Shown piece after piece: positions 60,954 through 64,000 of a DNA stretch of 64,000 bases. A program made the translations under genes and the position numbers. Every line of letters starts with the position of its first letter. Positions within the stretch are counted from its first letter, which is position 1. The notes below the pieces were generated by a model. The model was not told the DNA's origin. It searched no databases and saw only the letters and a list, made by a program, of their open reading frames with translations. Source of the stretch: an uncultured Streptococcus sp. (GTDB taxonomy: Bacteria; Bacillota; Bacilli; Lactobacillales; Streptococcaceae); contig NZ_CAURLD010000010.1 in NCBI RefSeq assembly GCF_963525625.1, positions 27,696-91,695 on the forward strand, given 5' to 3'.

Positions 60954-61545
60954 CTATCTCTTTTCCTTTCAGATATTCTTCGAAAATATAGTCTAACCAA
61001 GCAATAAATACATCATATTTGTCTAGATCAACATTAGAAGATTTTGCTTTATTCTGAAAGTTTTCCAATAATTTATAAAGTTGGTTGTTATTCAATAAAA
61101 TATTAGTTTTGTTCCTACTCAAGGCCTCTTCAATATTTGGTTCGTTGAAAAAAATAGATAAAACAATCTCATCGCTATATGATGAAATCATATTTACAAA
61201 ATAAGCAACTAATTTTAAATCATTCTTGAATTTTTCAGAATTTTTCAGATTTTTCCCACATTCTGCTATCAATTTATCACAAATATTGATTTTAAAACCA
61301 ATAAGAGAAATATAGTCTTGAGAGTTTAAAACTCCCAATGTATATTCCATTTGATATGAATTAACTATTCCAATTTTAGGCTCAATTATCAATTCATCTA
61401 GAATTTCATTTTCATCACTATTCAAGAAAGAATTCGAAACAATGAATATATAAATATAACGAAAAAGTGAACTTTTTGTTATATTTTTTTTATGTCTAAG
61501 CGAATATAAAAAAAGCGACATATAATAATACAATTTGTGATTCAT
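60946..61545 (-). CDS. Helical 199-aa protein, candidate middle component of an ABC-3C/Lamassu-like system
   Basis: No recognisable motif. It has an AAGGAG RBS inside the end of the ATPase gene, with a 1-nt gap. Confidence 0.4.
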   Translation of the reverse strand: MNHKLYYYMSLFLYSLRHKKNITKSSLFRYIYIFIVSNSFLNSDENEILDELIIEPKIGIVNSYQMEYTLGVLNSQDYISLIGFKINICDKLIAECGKNLKNSEKFKNDLKLVAYFVNMISSYSDEIVLSIFFNEPNIEEALSRNKTNILLNNNQLYKLLENFQNKAKSSNVDLDKYDVFIAWLDYIFEEYLKGKEIDA

Positions 61546-61546
61546 A

Positions 61547-63439
61547 CTATCTCCTTAACAATTTATAAATATCCAATTCTTCTATGTCTTTATATTGTTT
61601 ATTTGCATGTCTTGAAATTTCTAATAAATTAATAATTCTAATTGAACTATTTTTCTTTATAAGCGAAGTGACCAACGAACTATTGCGTGCATTGGCAGAA
61701 AGAAATAAAGTATTCCCTGATTGTAAATAACTATTAAAAGTGTCGACAGCATTCTCTTCAAATAAATAATCGAGAGTACTGTCCGGTGTTTCACTTATAA
61801 AAAAAGTATCTTTATGAAAAAACTCTAATGTAGAAAGCCTGAAAGCCATATCAATGAAAATTCTTTGTGACTCAGAAAGAGATTCCTCACTTTCACGTGC
61901 TGAATTGTTTAGGAAAAATTTAAAAAGTGTATTATCTCCACTACCAACTAATTCTAATCTAATATTTGAATCATTTCCTAAGAAAGAATAAGCATACTTG
62001 TAAAATATTTTACTAAAATTTATAAATACACTTTTTATACTTTGATCGATATCGTTAGCTAATTGATTTTCTTTTTTCTTAGTTTCTTCTAATTTATTTA
62101 AAAAAAGCTCTTTTTCTCGATTTAATTGGTTATATTTCTCAAGATTCTCATTAGACTCATTATTTATTTTGCTTTTTATTTTTAACTTTTCTTTAGTTGT
62201 TTCAAAAAGTTCACTCTCTCCATCTTTTATCATCCTATCAATATCTTCAATTTCTTGTGTCAATTCCTCATACCTTGAATCTAGTTTCCCTTTTTTAATT
62301 TGTAGATTCTTTTGCTTTATCTCTATTTCTGTTAAATTTGTATTGGTGTTGATATTTATCCTACTCTTACAAAAAAAACACTCTAAAATATCGATATGAA
62401 AATCAATATGTTCAGTTCCACAAAATGGACATACTCCTGAACTTAAAACTGGGGTAAATTTATCATAAAAGTCTTGATAGGTATTGGGAAAAATATTCTT
62501 ATACCACTTTTTTTCAAGATCTGCAAGTTCTGCTCTAACTCTATCGATTTCTATTCTATTCTGGAGTCTCTGTTGAGATCTTTTATTTAAGAGTTCTCTA
62601 TATTCATCGATTTTTGTATTGATTGTCTTAACTTTAAACTCCACATCTTCTAAATCTTTAAGAGAGTATACTTCATCGCCAGATTTATTTAAGTCTTCTC
62701 CTAAAAACTCTTTAACCATTGACATTTTATAGGATTTCAATCGCGCTTGGCTATCATATTTTTTTATTAATTTTTGAGTTTCACTATATTCAAAATACTT
62801 CTCTCTAGGCATAAATTTACTTAAAACCAATTTACTAAGATTTTCATCCCAGAAAACAAAATTTCTTGCTTCTGAGAAAAACATTATTTCGGTTAACATC
62901 AAAATAAATGAGTTTATATCTGGAAACCCTGAAGATTTAATTAACGCATTATGATACTTATTGATTAAAGATTCGCTTAGTTGTTCATCATTTATTGAAG
63001 AAAAGTATTTTTTTTCATATCTCTCATAATCCAGTTCTTTCTCTCTTTCATCCTCTTTTTTTCCATTAACACTAAAACTAATTAGCCTATGTGAATATAA
63101 ACTGTGCTTTGTTACAAATGTATCATTTGCAATAGAAAATTCAACTTCAACTTCTGCTACATTTAAAGGAAATTCCATTCGATTTTTAAAATAATCCCTA
63201 TCAAACATAGGGCGTCTGGATTTTTGCTGATCCTTATAATTCCTAACCTGTTCTCTTCCTTTATATGGCCCTATTATGGAATACCTTATTATGTTTAGTA
63301 ATGTTGTTTTTCCCAAACCATTAGTTCCAAATATAATATTTAATTTATCTGATAAGTCTATTTCAAGAGGACATTTATATAAATCAAAATTATCAATTTT
63401 TAGCCGTTTAATCTTTGGTAAGTAGTAGTTAAATTCCAT
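61547..63439 (-). CDS. Coiled-coil ABC/SMC-like ATPase with an embedded 4-Cys zinc ribbon
   Basis: Walker A GTNGLGKTT (aa 38-46), signature-like LSESQR (aa 521-526), Walker B/D-loop FFISETPDSTLD (aa 546-557), about 300 aa of heptad-rich insert, and CPFC-x13-CFFC (aa 337-357). Confidence 0.7.
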   Translation of the reverse strand: MEFNYYLPKIKRLKIDNFDLYKCPLEIDLSDKLNIIFGTNGLGKTTLLNIIRYSIIGPYKGREQVRNYKDQQKSRRPMFDRDYFKNRMEFPLNVAEVEVEFSIANDTFVTKHSLYSHRLISFSVNGKKEDEREKELDYERYEKKYFSSINDEQLSESLINKYHNALIKSSGFPDINSFILMLTEIMFFSEARNFVFWDENLSKLVLSKFMPREKYFEYSETQKLIKKYDSQARLKSYKMSMVKEFLGEDLNKSGDEVYSLKDLEDVEFKVKTINTKIDEYRELLNKRSQQRLQNRIEIDRVRAELADLEKKWYKNIFPNTYQDFYDKFTPVLSSGVCPFCGTEHIDFHIDILECFFCKSRININTNTNLTEIEIKQKNLQIKKGKLDSRYEELTQEIEDIDRMIKDGESELFETTKEKLKIKSKINNESNENLEKYNQLNREKELFLNKLEETKKKENQLANDIDQSIKSVFINFSKIFYKYAYSFLGNDSNIRLELVGSGDNTLFKFFLNNSARESEESLSESQRIFIDMAFRLSTLEFFHKDTFFISETPDSTLDYLFEENAVDTFNSYLQSGNTLFLSANARNSSLVTSLIKKNSSIRIINLLEISRHANKQYKDIEELDIYKLLRR

Positions 63440-63443
63440 CGTA

Positions 63444-64000
63444 TTATTTCTCCAATACTATTACACCTTCAAGTAATTTGCCAATCTTTTCCTTCTGCTG
63501 AGGACTTGGATTTAAGTAACGTGCTTTTCTTATTTCAACAACTTCAAATCCTATAATTTCAGCAATTTCAGAGCAAATCTCTAAAGTATTAATTAACACT
63601 CCAAAATAAGCAGAATTTGAAACATTAAAATAGATTCGCCGCCCTTTTTTTAGCTTTTGATACATTCCATTAAAAATGATCTCCATATCTTCAAAATAAG
63701 CAATAATCATATTTTGAATTTCTGTATTCCATACTACTGAATCTTTGCTTAGAGATTCCATTTCAGATATGGTAGCTTTAAGAATCTTACTTTGTATCCC
63801 CTTTAAATTTTGTATTTTTAACTGGACATGTGAGCGTATAGTCTGTTCTCGTAATTTTTTTATATCATTATAATTTGTTAAAAAATCTAGCGCTTTCAAT
63901 TCTAACATATAAGAATCTGTATAATCCCTTGAATTCAGATACGGAGGAGAGGTAATAATTAAATCTACAGAGTTATCATCCACATTCTCAAAAATTAGTT
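63444..64000 (-). CDS. N6/N4 DNA-methyltransferase-like ORF (5' end outside the window); no AdoMet-binding motif I is seen after the catalytic SPPY motif
   Basis: The frame is open to the window edge (...LIFENVDDNSVDLIITSPPY). The downstream blocks KKGRRIYFNVSNS / GFEVVEIRKARYLNP / EGVIVLEK resemble the middle of beta-class MTases, but the ORF stops before any HPTxKP/FxGxG region. Confidence 0.6.
   Translation of the reverse strand, partial: LIFENVDDNSVDLIITSPPYLNSRDYTDSYMLELKALDFLTNYNDIKKLREQTIRSHVQLKIQNLKGIQSKILKATISEMESLSKDSVVWNTEIQNMIIAYFEDMEIIFNGMYQKLKKGRRIYFNVSNSAYFGVLINTLEICSEIAEIIGFEVVEIRKARYLNPSPQQKEKIGKLLEGVIVLEK

Noticed and set aside
1-64000. A search by eye for tRNA, rRNA, CRISPR repeats, IS inverted repeats and transposase or integrase genes.
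   Set aside because: None was recognised. The accessory patches lack their own mobility genes within this window, so I did not annotate any mobile_element feature.

Overview
This is a 64-kb chromosomal segment of a Streptococcus. Gene content and order suggest a viridans (sanguinis/mitis-like) species: nrdR-dnaB-dnaI...der, scpA-scpB-rluB, murC, murI, gnd-ritR, relP-relRS, malT-mapP, trkA-trkH. That assignment is an inference from recognised protein families, not a database hit. I call about 60 protein genes, mostly on the minus strand. I saw no rRNA, tRNA, CRISPR array or transposase. The backbone looks mid-40s % GC by eye and is interrupted by five visibly AT-rich accessory patches. (i) 430-6300 is an operon of five tandem membrane-anchored paralogs, a 503-aa signal-less protein with an N-terminal alpha/beta-hydrolase-like domain and a C-terminal helical domain, and two small helical proteins. 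I read it as a reverse-architecture type VII (TslA-like) lipase toxin/immunity locus. (ii) 11.5-12.1 kb holds one small membrane protein. (iii) 14.0-20.1 kb holds an FtsX/ABC plus MATE efflux cluster with a TetR regulator. Beside it sits an MGMT-like gene bracketed by a degenerate duplication of the ytqA 5' end. (iv) 48.1-48.5 kb is a 386-bp insert bracketed by two 188-bp copies of the der 3' end that differ only at synonymous sites. (v) 59.3 kb to the window edge is a tightly coupled four-gene operon, the strongest candidate for a phage/plasmid-defence system. It encodes an N6/N4 DNA-methylase-like ORF that appears to lack its AdoMet-binding half, a 630-aa coiled-coil ABC/SMC-like ATPase with a 4-Cys zinc ribbon, a 199-aa helical protein, and a 328-aa protein with a PD-(D/E)xK-like motif. 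I interpret it as ABC-3C/Lamassu-like, in an unusual arrangement. Regulatory RNA features include an FMN riboswitch before ribU and a promoter plus terminated leader before trmL. All functional calls rest on motif and family recognition by eye; no searches were run.
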